Assembly (NCBI RefSeq): GCF_004010195.1
Contig: NC_057749.1
Coordinates: 11,946,839-11,969,963 of the forward strand
Reading direction: 5' to 3'
Length of the DNA: 23,125 bases
Source: Chiloscyllium plagiosum
Taxonomy: Eukaryota
The notes beneath the pieces were generated by a model. That model was not told the DNA's origin, searched no databases, and saw only the letters and a program-made list of their open reading frames with translations. Below, piece by piece: positions 22,311 to 23,125 of this stretch (the stretch's first letter is position 1; every line of letters starts with the position of its first letter). The translations under genes and the position numbers were made by a program.

Positions 22311-23125
22311 GCACTCAAGAGATCAATTGTGTTGGGGATTCTGTAGTTAGAGGTACAGACAGATGTTTCTGTGGCCAGCAAAGAAAAAGCAGAATGGTAT
22401 GTTGTTTCCCTGGTGCCAGGATCAAGGATGTCTCAGAGTGGGTGCAGAATGTTCTCACGGGGGAGAGGGGCCAGCAAGAGGTCATTGTCCACATTGGAAC
22501 CAACGACATTGGAAGGGAAAAGGTTGAGACTCTGAATGGAGAATTAGGCAGAAATTTAAAAAGGAGGTCCTCAAGGGTAGTAATCTCTGGATTACTCCCA
22601 GCGCTACGAAATAGTGAGGACAGGAATAGGAGGATAGAGCAGATGAATGCATGGCTGAGGAGCTGGTGTATGGGGGAAGGATTCACATTTTTGGATCATT
22701 GGAATCTCTTTTGGGGTAGAAGTGACCTGTACAAGAAGGACGGATTGCACCTAAATTGGAAGGGGACTAATATACTGGCAGGGAAATTTGCTAGAACTGC
22801 TTGGGAGGATTTAAACTAGTAAGGGGGGGGGGTGGGACCCAGGGAGATAATGAGGAACGAGATCAATCTGAGACTGGTACAGTTGAGAACAGAAGAGAGT
22901 CAAACAGGCAGGGACAAAGCAGAGAACAAGGTAGGACTGATAAATTAAACTGCATTTATTTCAATGCAAGGGGCCTAACAGGGAAGGCAGATGAACACAG
23001 AGCATGGTTAGCAACATGGGACTGTGATATCATAGCAATTACGGAAACAAGGCCCAGGGATGGGCAGGACTGGCAGTTTAATGTTCCAGGATATAAATGC
23101 TACAGGAAGGATAGAAAGGGAGGCA
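22311..23125 (+). mobile_element. CR1 LINE: ORF1 SGNH/GDSL esterase domain (to 22819) and start of ORF2 APE; runs off the window
   Basis: VGDSVVRG, FPGA, HIGTND and DGLH blocks in one open frame; then KLNCIYFNARGL...DIIAITET. Confidence 0.9.

Noticed and set aside
22247..22819. 190-aa ORF as a novel L1 ORF1-esterase fusion or host lipase
   Set aside because: It spans the L1/CR1 junction; L1 ORF1 is in a different frame, and the esterase is ordinary CR1 ORF1
19915..23125. Searched for the preceding TRPM1 exon (...RDVKK) and a TRPM3-type alternative 12-aa exon
   Set aside because: Not found by eye; the region is mostly LINE-derived

Overview
Eukaryotic vertebrate genomic DNA. The repeat repertoire (HE1/V-SINE-like and Deu-domain SINEs, abundant CR1 LINEs) points to a cartilaginous fish, probably a shark; this is an inference. 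The window lies inside a minus-strand TRPM1 (melastatin-1 cation channel) gene. Eight internal coding exons with canonical GT-AG ends splice into one open 1332-nt (444-codon) stretch running from GNLPPDYH... to ...[10 protein letters not shown] (late N-terminal MHR region to about S4-S5). One of them is a 30-nt microexon that the ORF track misses. The introns are mostly decayed retroelements: CR1 LINEs, an L1 5' end, a Tx1/L1-clade 3' end and SINEs, often nested. The most notable hidden signal is five short Penelope-like (PLE) inserts from two families, carrying minimal type-I hammerhead ribozyme motifs (CUGAUGA-A-stem II-GAA-palindromic tetramer-H) that range from complete to truncated. Three have target-site duplications and one has a PLE-type inverted end. 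This class of RNA is known in general from animal PLEs; activity of these copies is untested. Repeat family names come from recalled motifs, not a database search, and repeat boundaries are approximate.
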